Shown here: positions 48,386 to 58,621 of the stretch, in pieces
Layout: each line of letters opens with the position of its first letter
Numbering within the stretch: the stretch's first letter is position 1
DNA from: a virus
Lineage: Duplodnaviria; Caudoviricetes
DNA length: 64,000 nucleotides
Direction: 5' to 3' (one strand)
IMG/VR virus record: IMGVR_UViG_3300014720_000033
Coordinates: 531-64,530 of that record
Made by a program: the position numbers and the translations under genes
Notes under the pieces: generated by a model
Database searches by the model: none
What the model was told of the DNA's origin: nothing
What the model saw: only the letters and a program-made list of their open reading frames with translations

Positions 48386-48713
48386 CGTTTCCTCCCTTCG
48401 GGTACTTCGCCTTCACGGCCTCGCACGCCGCCACGTAACGAGCCATCGGTTCGTTGTCCCCCTGAGCCTGCCAGTAGAGGGCATCCGCGAGGTCCGAGAG
48501 GGGTGGATACTCGGGAGCACGTTGGCGGGCGTAGAGGTGAGAATCGTACTCAGATTGGAGGCGTGTTACTTCTGCTTCAATTTCTTCTTTGGTGGGAATC
48601 TTAACGGGTGGTTTGTGCCAGATTATTCGATCCGGATCATTCCCCAACACCGTCCATTCAGATCCAGCGCAGAGAGACTCTAGAGCATCGGGAATTGAGA
48701 TAACACGATTCAT
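48378..48713 (-). CDS. Fibre-tip partner/chaperone, cassette 1
   Basis: ALESLCAGSEW, YARQRAPEYP, CEAVKAKYPK. Confidence 0.7.
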   Translation of the reverse strand: MNRVISIPDALESLCAGSEWTVLGNDPDRIIWHKPPVKIPTKEEIEAEVTRLQSEYDSHLYARQRAPEYPPLSDLADALYWQAQGDNEPMARYVAACEAVKAKYPKGGNDA

Positions 48714-49264
48714 TTCGCTATCTCCGTGGCTGTAAACCAGTTAGCTGATCCCCACTGGTTGGATACTGGGAGAGCAAACCACCACGGGCTAGAAGAAGAA
48801 GCATACGCTCTGTACTGTAAAGAGTAGGTTACAGCCGAGGTTGTAGCAGGCTGGTCATAAAACTCAAAGAAATGATGGAAATAGCAATCTTGGCCTGAGG
48901 TAGTATACCCAGTTGAGTATGGACCGGTCGTGTTGATAGCTGGGCGGAATAATATAGTGGACCCTCTTATTACTCGGATTCCTGCTGCATTCTGATTGCC
49001 TATATTAGACATCGCGATGGATAAACCGAGTTTGATCAAACTTGTAGAAAATTTCGGCGTGATGGTCAGTTGCAGATTAGATGTATTCTGCCAAGTAGTC
49101 GTATTGCTTTGTATTCCCCAGCTTGCTGCATCATTCGTTCGATCAGATGTGGATGATACCGTAGTACCCAAATTCGTACCCAGAGATGAAGTCACCACCT
49201 GGATGGGCACGTTGTACGTGAGTCCATCGAGAGTCTGAAACTTGTTTGTCTTTACTATGCTCAT
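48710..49264 (-). CDS. Stand-alone fibre-tip domain protein, cassette 1
   Basis: PIQVV, ITPKFSTSLI, DQPATTSAVTY, ATEIAK. Confidence 0.7.
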   Translation of the reverse strand: MSIVKTNKFQTLDGLTYNVPIQVVTSSLGTNLGTTVSSTSDRTNDAASWGIQSNTTTWQNTSNLQLTITPKFSTSLIKLGLSIAMSNIGNQNAAGIRVIRGSTILFRPAINTTGPYSTGYTTSGQDCYFHHFFEFYDQPATTSAVTYSLQYRAYASSSSPWWFALPVSNQWGSANWFTATEIAK

Positions 49265-52200
49265 TTACACCACCGTCCAAGTAGAGCCGTCACTCACGGT
49301 GACAGTCACTCCGTCAGATATTGTAATCGGACCGGGAGTCATCGCATTGAAATTTGTAGGGACCGTGTAGTTAGTGCTGACCACCGTCGCGCCGAGGAAG
49401 AATGGCATGTTCGCGGTGACAGTGCTCGTCACTGTCAAACTCGATCCCGTGATGAGTCCCGTGGAATGCACGAGGGAGCCGGTGATCTGTCCCGTGGTGG
49501 AGATGTTGGTCGTGAGACCCGTGAGGTCCGAGCTCCCGCCGCCGCCCCCGCCGCCGCTTCCTCCCACGATCACGAAGCCTGATGTGGGAAGACCGAATGT
49601 GATGTTCGCCTGCGTGGTGCTCGTGGCGGTGGCGGTCTTCGGGAAGATCTTGTTGTACGACGTGTCGAACACCTCGATGTCGTATAGCGATATCCCGAGA
49701 CTGTGATTGACCGTGATGCTCGTGGCGTTGGTGAAGGCCTGCGAGGTGTAGGGAGCGATCGTGGCATTGATCGTGATGGACCCGTTGGAGCCGGTCGTGA
49801 GTGACACGTTGGAGCCGGCCACGAGGTAGTCGGATCCATTCGCCAGCTTCGTGAGGGAGCCGCTGATGTTCGTGACGGAGAGCGTGTCGGTGGTCTTGTT
49901 GAACGTGAAGTTGGCATCTCCGCCGAGAGTGCCACCGTCATTGAACTGGACGTGGGTGATGAGGCCTCCGGCGGAGACACCTGCACCGCCGCCAGATGAC
50001 GTGATGTAGAGAGACCCGTTCGACTGCGTGACGAGGAGGATGCCGGGTCCTGCAACGAGGTAGGGTGACCCGTCGGCGAGAGTCGTGAGTGAGCCTGAGA
50101 AGGCAGGAGACCGCACGGATCCCGAGAAGAAGGCGGCGCCGCTGCCGCTCACCCAGAAGACCGACGAGGACGTGAAGGTCTGCGCCTCGATGAGAGTTCC
50201 CGTGGGTGACTGCACGCCGGCTCGGATGACGAGAGTCCTGTCGGCGGAGGTGGAGGAGCCAGAGAGGAGGAGCTGGATGTCGTTTGTGGGCAGGGCGCCC
50301 ATCGCGATCCGCGAGCCGGAGACGACGAGCGTGTTCTGACCATACCGACCCACGACCATCCTGTTGTCCGAGAAGACCTCGAGGATCGGGAGGCCCGTGA
50401 CGTTGTTGACGGAGAGGAGAGAACCTGTGATTGAGTCTGTCACGAGGAGGAGAGAACCTGAGGTTCCCATGATCTGTAGGGGGCCAGCAGGCTGTGTGAC
50501 TCCTATACCAAGAGAACTCGATACGTACGATGTTCCACTGCCACTCACCCAGAAGAGGCTCGTTCCTGTGCTTCTCTGCACGTCGAGAGCGTAGGCGTTC
50601 GATGTTGAGTTGAGGAATCCTTCTCTTATGACTGCAGTCGGGGTGGCAGACGAAGTGGAACCCGAGACGTGGAGCCTCGCAGAGTATGTGGCGGTGCCGA
50701 TGCCCACGTTGCCGCTGCCGTTCAATCTCATGCGCTCGGAACCGCCGGCATGCCACACGTGATTGTAAGCTGCGTTTGAAACGATGTAGTCAAGCTGATT
50801 GCTGCTGACACCGAGGCCCATAACGTTGGTGGCATCCCAGTACAACCTCAGCTTCGCGTTGGCACCTGCTGTAGAGCTAAAAGTACCACCCATGTTGATG
50901 GTCTCAGGAGTGGCCGTAGATGTACCCGTATTGTTGCCGAGCTGAAGCCTGAAACCTGGGTTGTTGGTGCCGAGTCCAACGCCGGTCGTGTTAATTCGAA
51001 CGCGTTCTGTTCCTGCTATGTACCAGACGTGAGAAGCTGCAGTAGGAACAACGTAATCAAGCTGATTGCTACTGACTCCAAACCCAAAAGTATTTGTGCC
51101 GTCAAAGTACAACCTCAGCTTCGCGTTGGCACCTGCTGTAGAGCTAAAAGTACCACCCATGTTAATTGTTTGAGGAGTGGCCGTAGAAGCGCCAGTGTTG
51201 TTTCCTAACTGAAGTGAGAATCCCGGGTTGGTGGTTCCGATGCCCACACCCGTCGCGTTCACAGCTGCAATGTCTGTGTTGTTGATCCTCATGTACACCG
51301 TCTTGGTGGAGGCGGCGTTGAGGAACGTGTCTCCTACGCTGCTCTGAAGGAGTGCGTAGTTGCCAGCTGAAACGTGACTGAGAGAGCTGTGTCCGAACAC
51401 GGCATGGGTGTTGTTGCTGGGCCACGTTCCCAGGAGGCCTTGTCCGATGCGCGCTGTCGCCGTAGTCGGGAACACATCGAGGTTGTACGTGATGTCAGCG
51501 GTGCCGATGCCTACGTTGCCGCTTCCAGAGACGGTGAACACAGGAGTGCCCGTGGAGTTCTGGACGTCGAGGACAGGAGCAGTCGGTGAAGCGATGCCAG
51601 CTCGAATGACGGCGGTTGGTACCGTGAGTGAGTTGACTCCTATGACTTGAAGTCGACTTGCAGGTCTACTGGTGCCGATGCCGACTCGCGAGCCTGTTAT
51701 CACTAGGTCGTTCGTTGCAGGAGAACCAGCGTATACGCTGTAGTCGGAGAAGACCTCGAACGCCGAGAGGCCCGATATCGTGTTGACGGAGAGGAGAGAG
51801 CCGCTGAGCGTGTCGGTGACGGAGAAGAGAGAGCCCGAGTTCGTACTGTATACTTCAAACTTACCAGCAGGATTGTTCGTTCCGACACCGAGGCTGGACG
51901 AAGCAATACTCCAGAAGAGTTGTGAGTTTGAACCGGTGAGTACTCCTCCGGGTCCTGCGAAGACAACCGTCCCAGAGAGGAAACCGCTGCCTGTGAGAGA
52001 TCCACTGATGTTGAGGGCGGCGAGGCTCCTCCAGCGCTTGGTGGAAGTACCGAGGTCGTAGAGAGAATCTTCGCCAGGAAGTGTAGAACCCGTGATGGAG
52101 GTCGACCCGTATACTGCGAGCTTGTCTGCCGTTGCAGGACCACCTACGCCGATGTTGGTGCCATCGTCGCGTATGATGCTGTCTCCGAGGTCGATTGTGC

Positions 52201-55200
52201 CAGCCCAACGAGTCACTCTTCCGGCAGTTCCGAATCCTCCGACGGCCGATCCTCCACCACTTCCACCGCTCGACTGAGCAGTTATTAGAATAGCCCCGTT
52301 CGACCCTGTCTGCAGGATTATGTTGTTGCCTGCAATGAGGTAGGAAGTTCCGTCAGAGAGAGTCGTGAGAGAACCTGTGAGGTTATCCGCGTAGACTGTG
52401 CTCCACCTCTTCGTGGAAGAACCCAAGTTGTAAGTGGCGTTGACTCCGGGTTCTGCCGACGACGTGAGAGCCATGAGAGAGCCAGAGAACGAGAAGACAC
52501 CAGGAGAAGCGCTGTACGTGAACGCGCCGCTCGAAGAGAGAGAACCCGTCGCGTCGAAGAAGACGACGGAGTTGGAGATACCTCCCGTGATGTAGTTCCT
52601 GCTGCTGCCAGTGATGGCGAGTGTCTTGTTGGACAGCGTGTCGACGCTGCTCGTCGTGACGAGGTTGATCTCTGATCCCAGGAGACCTGCGCGCCACCTG
52701 TCGGTCGTGGAGTCCCAGATGAGAGACCCAGTCAGGTTTGCAGTCGTGTCGTTGACATAGAGACCGCCTGTGGAGGACGGAGTCGCCGAGGCATTGAGCA
52801 CGACGATGTTGTCCTTGACGGTGAGAGAGTTTGTGTTGAGGACCGTCGAGGCGCCGTTGACAGTGAGGTTACCAGAGATCGTGACGTCGTTGGAGAAAGA
52901 TCCTGCGCCGGCGCTGACAGTGAGCGTCGATCCAGAGATATTGCCGAGGTGGTCGATCGAAGCGACTGAAGTGCCGCTGGAATTCCTGATGTCGAGGACC
53001 TTCGCGGTCGGAGAAGCAGTTCCTGCTTGAACGACCAAGACGGGAGACGAAGCGGTCGAAGTTCCACCGACGTAGAGGCGACTGTTGGTCGTCGTCGAAG
53101 TTCCTATTCCCACAGAAGTTCCAGAGACGATCATCGTGGTGGAGTTGAAACCTCCCGCGAAGACCGTCTTGAAGTCGGACGACACCTCCATGATCGGGAT
53201 GCCGCTGATGCCGCTGACTGACAGGAGGGACCCGCTCATCCTGTCTTCCACGCTGAAGAGAGACCCGGACACTCCGTAGACCTCGAGAGAATAGTTTGGC
53301 GCGTTTGTTCCGACTCCGAGTCGAGAGTTGGAGTTGTCCCAGAACAAGTTGGCATTAGAGCCAGTGAGTAGACCCCCAGGTCCTGAGAACACTATCGATC
53401 CTGACTGTAGTCCGCTGCCGGTGAGAGACCCGCTGATGTTCGCGGCATAGATGTTGCGCCAGGTCTTTGACGTAGTTCCTATGTCGTGAGCTGAGTTTGT
53501 TCCTGGTTCTAGAGAGCCCGAGAAATGTGTCGTTCCAGAAACTGTGAGGATCGACGTGGGAGAGGAAGTTCCAAGTCCAAGCCTGCCGTTCGTTGCGTCC
53601 CAGAAGAGACGTGAATTGGATCCGGTGAGGAGACCTCCCGTGCCGGCGAAGACGACGGATCCCGCCTCGAGGCCACTACCTGTAAGAGATCCGCTGATGT
53701 TTGCCGCGAAGATGTTCCATCTCTTGCTCGAAGATCCGATGTCGTAGGACGCGTCTGAACCGGGGAGGAGAGATCCTGTGAGAGAAGTGTCTCCAAGGAC
53801 TGTGAGTTTGTCTCCCCCGCTGACAGTCCCGATTCCGACGGTAGCTCCATCGTCATAGAGTACTCCGTAAGTGAGTGTGTTCGTGTCCTGCCAACGTGCG
53901 GAGTAGTTTGCGATTCCGAAGCCGTCCACGAGGCCGCTGCCACCGGCGCCGCCGGAGACGTCGATCGTGATCTGACCACCAGATCCTGTCGTGATCGTGA
54001 CGTTGGTCCCTGCCAAGAGGTACGGCAATCCATTGGAGAGGTTGGTGAGTGAACCGCTGAGACCGGAATTGAACTTGACTGCCCCCGAGAAGGTGGCTCC
54101 ACTGACAGTGGCTACTATGGAGTCGTCGATGGAAAGAGTCGCTGCGCCGACGGAGCCTCCTCCCTTGAGACCTTCACCTGCGGTGATGTTCGTCAACGTT
54201 CCAATGTTGCCCGTGATCGTGACTTGACCGCTCGATCCCGTCGCGAGAGATATCCCGTTCCCTGCGAGGAGGTAGGGATCGCCGTTGGACAACCGCGTCA
54301 GTGATCCTGTGAGGGCATTAGAATAAACGGTATTCCAGAACTTAGTTACCGACCCAAGATTAAACTGAGAATTGTCTCCGGGCAACAGGGACCCGGTGAC
54401 GGACATCGGTATGAGTACTCTGACGTTCTGACCGTCGTCGTATATCTTGGAGCCCGTGAGTTCATTTCCGGGCTTCCACTTGGTGAGATAGTTAGGTTCT
54501 CCTTCGCCGTTGATCGTTCCGCCGGCGGTGCTGGAAATCGTTATCTCTCCCGCCGATCCTGTCACGATCGTGACGTTGTCGCCGGCGACGATGAAGGGAT
54601 CACCGGTGACGAGACGTGTGAGTGAACCACTGAGCCCACCGTTAAACTTGACGACTCCTGCGAAAGTGGACCCACTGATCGTGGCGACCTCTGAGTCTTT
54701 TATAGAGAACGTGAGGTCTCCACTTGATCCTGTGACCACTCTGATTCCAGTGGAACCGACGATGTAAGGATTGCCATTGGTGAGGCGCGTGAGGGAGCCG
54801 CTAAGTCCAGAATTAAACTTGACAGCTCCGTTAAACGTGGCTCCGCTGACGGTGGCAACTATTCCGTCGTTTATCGAGAGCGTGACGTCTCCGCCTGATC
54901 CTCCTCCATTGAGTCCTTCTCCCGCGGTGATCGAATTGATGCCAGAATAGCTGAGAGTGACTTCTCCTGATGATCCCGTGGAGATCGATATGCCGGGACC
55001 TCCGATGAGGTAAGGATCGCCGTTACTGAGAGTCGTGAGCGATCCAGACAGTGCACGAGCGTGGACTCTGTCCCACTTGTTCGTTGTGTCCCCGAGAGAG
55101 TAGAGAGAGTCTGCAGTCGGAAGAATCGACCCTGACGCATAAATGCTGCCTATGAACTCGGACGATCCACTGACGGTGAGTGTAGTTGAAGGATTAAGAG

Positions 55201-56200
55201 TTGAAGTCCCGATGCCTATGCCTAGACTGCCGCTGTCCCAGAAGAGACTGCCCTGAGATCCTGTGAGTAGACCGTCGTCTCCTGCGAAAACGATGGAGCC
55301 TACGGATATGTTACTGGCGGTCAGTACACTCGTGATCGAAGTGGCGCTTATGGAGTTGGCTTCTATGGAATCTGACTTGAAGATGGAAGCCGTGAGAGGG
55401 ACGAGGATGTTGACACCCAGACCGTCGTCAAACACGTTGCTTTCGGTAATTGTTCCGGCAGTTGCATACTTGGGCAAGTAGTTCAGTGTGCCTAGGCCGC
55501 TGATCGTTCCTGCTCCGAGAGTGGCCTCGAGGGTTATCTCTCCGCCCGAGCCGGTCGTGATGATCATGTTGGGGCCGGCGAGGAGGTACGGAGAACCGTC
55601 CGCGAGGCGCGTGAGAGAGCCCGTCAAGTAGTTGGCGAATACTGACCGGACTTTCTTCTGAGAAGTACCAACATCATAGAGACTGTCAGAACCGAAAGAC
55701 AGACTTCCCGATATGAGCGCAGAGCCAGCGGCAGTCAATCCACCAGCTATGTCAAGCTTGTTGGTCGGTTGTGAAATTCCTATTCCGACATTCGTCCCAT
55801 CATCGAATACGATGCTACTGGACAGAGAAGTAAAACCGTCCCACTTGACAAGGGCATTGATCGTTCCAACACCCATGGGAAAGGCCTGCTCTTGTCCCGC
55901 AAGTCCTTGCAACCACTGATTGGTGTAGGAGTCCCAGATGAAAGACCCTGTCTGACCTGAATTGATATCTCTGAAATAAATTCCACCGTAAACAGATGGA
56001 TTAGATGATATGTTGAGGTTGATGAAGTTTGAAGCGAATTCGACGGTAGAACTGCTTATGAAGGTCCTGTCACCGAGGACGGTGAGGTTGCCTGTCGACG
56101 TGAGATTGGTAAAAGTTCCTGCACCCTCAGAGTCGATCACGCCTATGGACCCAGTGCCTACGCTGAGTCCGTTCTGTACGTTGAATCTAGTCAATGCCAT
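49265..56200 (-). CDS. Very long modular tail fibre protein (2311 aa)
   Basis: Nine (S/T)GSLT.L..G.PY/DY repeats, many VGIGT repeats, ends NAMTPGPITISDGVTVTVSDGSTWTVV. Confidence 0.85.
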   Translation of the reverse strand: MALTRFNVQNGLSVGTGSIGVIDSEGAGTFTNLTSTGNLTVLGDRTFISSSTVEFASNFINLNISSNPSVYGGIYFRDINSGQTGSFIWDSYTNQWLQGLAGQEQAFPMGVGTINALVKWDGFTSLSSSIVFDDGTNVGIGISQPTNKLDIAGGLTAAGSALISGSLSFGSDSLYDVGTSQKKVRSVFANYLTGSLTRLADGSPYLLAGPNMIITTGSGGEITLEATLGAGTISGLGTLNYLPKYATAGTITESNVFDDGLGVNILVPLTASIFKSDSIEANSISATSITSVLTASNISVGSIVFAGDDGLLTGSQGSLFWDSGSLGIGIGTSTLNPSTTLTVSGSSEFIGSIYASGSILPTADSLYSLGDTTNKWDRVHARALSGSLTTLSNGDPYLIGGPGISISTGSSGEVTLSYSGINSITAGEGLNGGGSGGDVTLSINDGIVATVSGATFNGAVKFNSGLSGSLTRLTNGNPYIVGSTGIRVVTGSSGDLTFSIKDSEVATISGSTFAGVVKFNGGLSGSLTRLVTGDPFIVAGDNVTIVTGSAGEITISSTAGGTINGEGEPNYLTKWKPGNELTGSKIYDDGQNVRVLIPMSVTGSLLPGDNSQFNLGSVTKFWNTVYSNALTGSLTRLSNGDPYLLAGNGISLATGSSGQVTITGNIGTLTNITAGEGLKGGGSVGAATLSIDDSIVATVSGATFSGAVKFNSGLSGSLTNLSNGLPYLLAGTNVTITTGSGGQITIDVSGGAGGSGLVDGFGIANYSARWQDTNTLTYGVLYDDGATVGIGTVSGGDKLTVLGDTSLTGSLLPGSDASYDIGSSSKRWNIFAANISGSLTGSGLEAGSVVFAGTGGLLTGSNSRLFWDATNGRLGLGTSSPTSILTVSGTTHFSGSLEPGTNSAHDIGTTSKTWRNIYAANISGSLTGSGLQSGSIVFSGPGGLLTGSNANLFWDNSNSRLGVGTNAPNYSLEVYGVSGSLFSVEDRMSGSLLSVSGISGIPIMEVSSDFKTVFAGGFNSTTMIVSGTSVGIGTSTTTNSRLYVGGTSTASSPVLVVQAGTASPTAKVLDIRNSSGTSVASIDHLGNISGSTLTVSAGAGSFSNDVTISGNLTVNGASTVLNTNSLTVKDNIVVLNASATPSSTGGLYVNDTTANLTGSLIWDSTTDRWRAGLLGSEINLVTTSSVDTLSNKTLAITGSSRNYITGGISNSVVFFDATGSLSSSGAFTYSASPGVFSFSGSLMALTSSAEPGVNATYNLGSSTKRWSTVYADNLTGSLTTLSDGTSYLIAGNNIILQTGSNGAILITAQSSGGSGGGSAVGGFGTAGRVTRWAGTIDLGDSIIRDDGTNIGVGGPATADKLAVYGSTSITGSTLPGEDSLYDLGTSTKRWRSLAALNISGSLTGSGFLSGTVVFAGPGGVLTGSNSQLFWSIASSSLGVGTNNPAGKFEVYSTNSGSLFSVTDTLSGSLLSVNTISGLSAFEVFSDYSVYAGSPATNDLVITGSRVGIGTSRPASRLQVIGVNSLTVPTAVIRAGIASPTAPVLDVQNSTGTPVFTVSGSGNVGIGTADITYNLDVFPTTATARIGQGLLGTWPSNNTHAVFGHSSLSHVSAGNYALLQSSVGDTFLNAASTKTVYMRINNTDIAAVNATGVGIGTTNPGFSLQLGNNTGASTATPQTINMGGTFSSTAGANAKLRLYFDGTNTFGFGVSSNQLDYVVPTAASHVWYIAGTERVRINTTGVGLGTNNPGFRLQLGNNTGTSTATPETINMGGTFSSTAGANAKLRLYWDATNVMGLGVSSNQLDYIVSNAAYNHVWHAGGSERMRLNGSGNVGIGTATYSARLHVSGSTSSATPTAVIREGFLNSTSNAYALDVQRSTGTSLFWVSGSGTSYVSSSLGIGVTQPAGPLQIMGTSGSLLLVTDSITGSLLSVNNVTGLPILEVFSDNRMVVGRYGQNTLVVSGSRIAMGALPTNDIQLLLSGSSTSADRTLVIRAGVQSPTGTLIEAQTFTSSSVFWVSGSGAAFFSGSVRSPAFSGSLTTLADGSPYLVAGPGILLVTQSNGSLYITSSGGGAGVSAGGLITHVQFNDGGTLGGDANFTFNKTTDTLSVTNISGSLTKLANGSDYLVAGSNVSLTTGSNGSITINATIAPYTSQAFTNATSITVNHSLGISLYDIEVFDTSYNKIFPKTATATSTTQANITFGLPTSGFVIVGGSGGGGGGGSSDLTGLTTNISTTGQITGSLVHSTGLITGSSLTVTSTVTANMPFFLGATVVSTNYTVPTNFNAMTPGPITISDGVTVTVSDGSTWTVV
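50839..51163. repeat. Recent tandem duplication (267-nt period) inside the long fibre gene
   Basis: 58 identical nt at 50839-50896 and 51106-51163, encoding NMGGTFSSTAGANAKLRLY. Confidence 0.85.
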
Positions 56201-56227
56201 TTACTGTTCCGCCGGATGATGGATATC

Positions 56228-58012
56228 TCACACCCTCGTAAGTATGCCAGTCACCCTCCAAACAGTCGAGTTTGTTGTGGCAGGAGTCACCCTAAGACTG
56301 AAGCTTCCCTCACTTGGGTCTGTGACATCGAAAGTCCCAGTGTTGGTGCCTATCGAGACGGCGCCGTAGATGGTGTGACTACTGACGGTACCGTTGTGTA
56401 TCGCGAGGATCTTCGTCTGACTGTACTTTTCACCGGAGGCGTCCGTACCTTGCACGATGAACTCTGCTGACCTAAAGTCAGATGTGGAGACGGACATGAG
56501 AGTCGAAGGTGTTGTCGTGGTCGTCGTGACCACAGACGTCTGAATCGAAGAGATATTTCGACCCAGACCAAGCTCTCCTGAACCGCTCACGTAGAAAAGT
56601 GTGTCACCGGAAGTTGTCTGGATGTCTACTATCGGAGAAGTGAGACTGACTCCTGGTCGTACAACTAGTATGGGTGTCGAGGGGCTTGATGATCCTGATA
56701 CAGTCAATCTCGCAGAAGATGAGTTGGTTCCGACGCCGACGTGTCCGCTGCCGCTGACGAACAAGAGAGACTCACTAGACGCGCTCTTCACGTCGAGGAT
56801 ACCGGGTCCTGCGATGCTCTGTTGAACCACGAGAGTCGGAGTAGTCGTAGAGGCAGGTCCCACAACGTACAGAGTAGAAGTCGGATCCGTCGTTCCAATC
56901 CCCAGCCTCTCAGAGAGCCAGAACAGATTGTTGCTTCCACTTATGACGCCGCCCGGAGCTGTGAGGACTACCTGTCCTGATGAAATATTGCTGCTGGTGA
57001 GAGATCCACTGATGTTCGTCACTCTCAAGAGGTTTTCGTTCTTACTGAACGTGAAGTCCGGGTCTCCTGCGTATGCTCCCTGGTCGTTGAACTGGACTTG
57101 GGTGTCTGACCCGCCGACAGAAACTCCAACCACTTCGATTCTGACCGACCCATTGGATCCTGTCGTGAGTGCTATGCTGTTGCCAGCGACGAGATAGTCT
57201 GATCCGTTCGAGAGCTTCGTGAGAGATCCGCTGAATCCTGAGGTGGCGACGACATAGGAACTTGTGAGTGCTGCAGTCGTCTTGTTGAATGTGAGACCAG
57301 GATCGGCTCCAAATACGTTGTTGTCGTTGAACTGTACCTGCGTGTTTGAACCTGCAGGAGAAGTTATCGCCGTGGAAGTTATCGTGACAGCGCCTTGAGA
57401 TCCAGTCGATATGTCTATTCCATTGCCTGCCAAGAGATAAGCGGATCCGTTGGACAAACGCGTGAGAGACCCGCTGAGACCGGAAATGAACTTGACTGCG
57501 CCGTTGAAAGTCGCTCCACTGACGGTTGCAACTATTCCGTCGTCTATCGCGAGAGAAACTGTACCAGAATTGCCGCCTCCCTTCAGGCCCTCTCCTGGGT
57601 TAACGGCGTGTATCGTACCACTGTTGATGGTGGAGAGCGATATGCCGCCACCAGAGCCTGTGGTTATCAGAAGATTACCGACAGCCCTGAGGTATGGGTC
57701 ACCATTTGAGAGTCTCGTGAGTGATCCACTTATGTTTGGTACAACGAGAGACTTTGTTGAGCGGACATATCGAAAATCGATCGAAGCAGACAAGATACCC
57801 AGGTTGTTGTACTGGACCTCTGTGTCTGCTCCGCCGATTTCAGACGTACTACTTCTTGGATTGAATACCCCGAATGAGTCTCTCAGTCTAAAAGACCCAT
57901 CGACGTATCTGATTCCGCCCGATACTGAAGGAAAGTCACCGGGGTCTCTGTTCTCGAGGATTATTCCCTCCTCGTCAGATTCACCAGGTCTTCTATCGGG
58001 AGTTCTTGCCAT
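56228..58012 (-). CDS. Tail fibre-like protein
   Basis: Three SGSLT.LSNG repeats, TQVQFND repeats, C-terminal FRSAEFIVQ...ILAIHNG domain. Confidence 0.75.
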   Translation of the reverse strand: MARTPDRRPGESDEEGIILENRDPGDFPSVSGGIRYVDGSFRLRDSFGVFNPRSSTSEIGGADTEVQYNNLGILSASIDFRYVRSTKSLVVPNISGSLTRLSNGDPYLRAVGNLLITTGSGGGISLSTINSGTIHAVNPGEGLKGGGNSGTVSLAIDDGIVATVSGATFNGAVKFISGLSGSLTRLSNGSAYLLAGNGIDISTGSQGAVTITSTAITSPAGSNTQVQFNDNNVFGADPGLTFNKTTAALTSSYVVATSGFSGSLTKLSNGSDYLVAGNSIALTTGSNGSVRIEVVGVSVGGSDTQVQFNDQGAYAGDPDFTFSKNENLLRVTNISGSLTSSNISSGQVVLTAPGGVISGSNNLFWLSERLGIGTTDPTSTLYVVGPASTTTPTLVVQQSIAGPGILDVKSASSESLLFVSGSGHVGVGTNSSSARLTVSGSSSPSTPILVVRPGVSLTSPIVDIQTTSGDTLFYVSGSGELGLGRNISSIQTSVVTTTTTTPSTLMSVSTSDFRSAEFIVQGTDASGEKYSQTKILAIHNGTVSSHTIYGAVSIGTNTGTFDVTDPSEGSFSLRVTPATTNSTVWRVTGILTRV

Positions 58013-58015
58013 GTA

Positions 58016-58621
58016 TCACTTCTTCTGTTTCTTTGGTTTTGATTCTGGTTTGACTGGGCCCTGACTGTCTGAGACTGTTTCTTCTTTGTTTTCGACGAGT
58101 GAATTTTTCATCTCTTCGGCGAGTCTTTGAATTTTTATGGACGCCTGTGGTCTTTGTCCAGGTCTTCTACCTGCATTTTCATTTCCACTTGTGTCTTTTT
58201 CTTCAGAGCTAGAATCTTCGTTCATATTTGCCGTTATGGCATCTTTCATCATCTGTAACTTGCCGACTTCTTCGTCTTTGAACTTCTTGGCTATGTTCAC
58301 AGACTGCTGAAATGCGCTTATCTTGCCCGCGGCGGCCTGTCTATTTGTGTCTGCAGAGCTAGCAAGGTTGACGAGGAAAGACCTGCACCTCATGAAGTAT
58401 TCTTTCAGCGTTCTTGTCGAATCGACATCGACATTCTTTTCAGTTAGCTCTCTGTCGAACACCTTGAGCATCTGATCAAAAGACGAGAGAGCTTGACGCA
58501 ATACTTCTGCTGCTCCCTCTTCCCTGTAGAGATTCTTTGTGGCATTGTCAAGGGCATCGTCTAGGCGACTGCCCAATTCGTTGATTGCGTATAATTTTGC
58601 TTCTGACTTGATTAAAGACAT
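58016..58621 (-). CDS. Hypothetical helical protein
   Basis: 201-aa ORF with AGGAG RBS. Confidence 0.7.
   Translation of the reverse strand: MSLIKSEAKLYAINELGSRLDDALDNATKNLYREEGAAEVLRQALSSFDQMLKVFDRELTEKNVDVDSTRTLKEYFMRCRSFLVNLASSADTNRQAAAGKISAFQQSVNIAKKFKDEEVGKLQMMKDAITANMNEDSSSEEKDTSGNENAGRRPGQRPQASIKIQRLAEEMKNSLVENKEETVSDSQGPVKPESKPKKQKK

Noticed and set aside
46721-49264. Invertible shufflon of fibre tips
   Set aside because: All cassettes face the same way, each has its own start codon, and no invertase or inverted crossover sites were seen.
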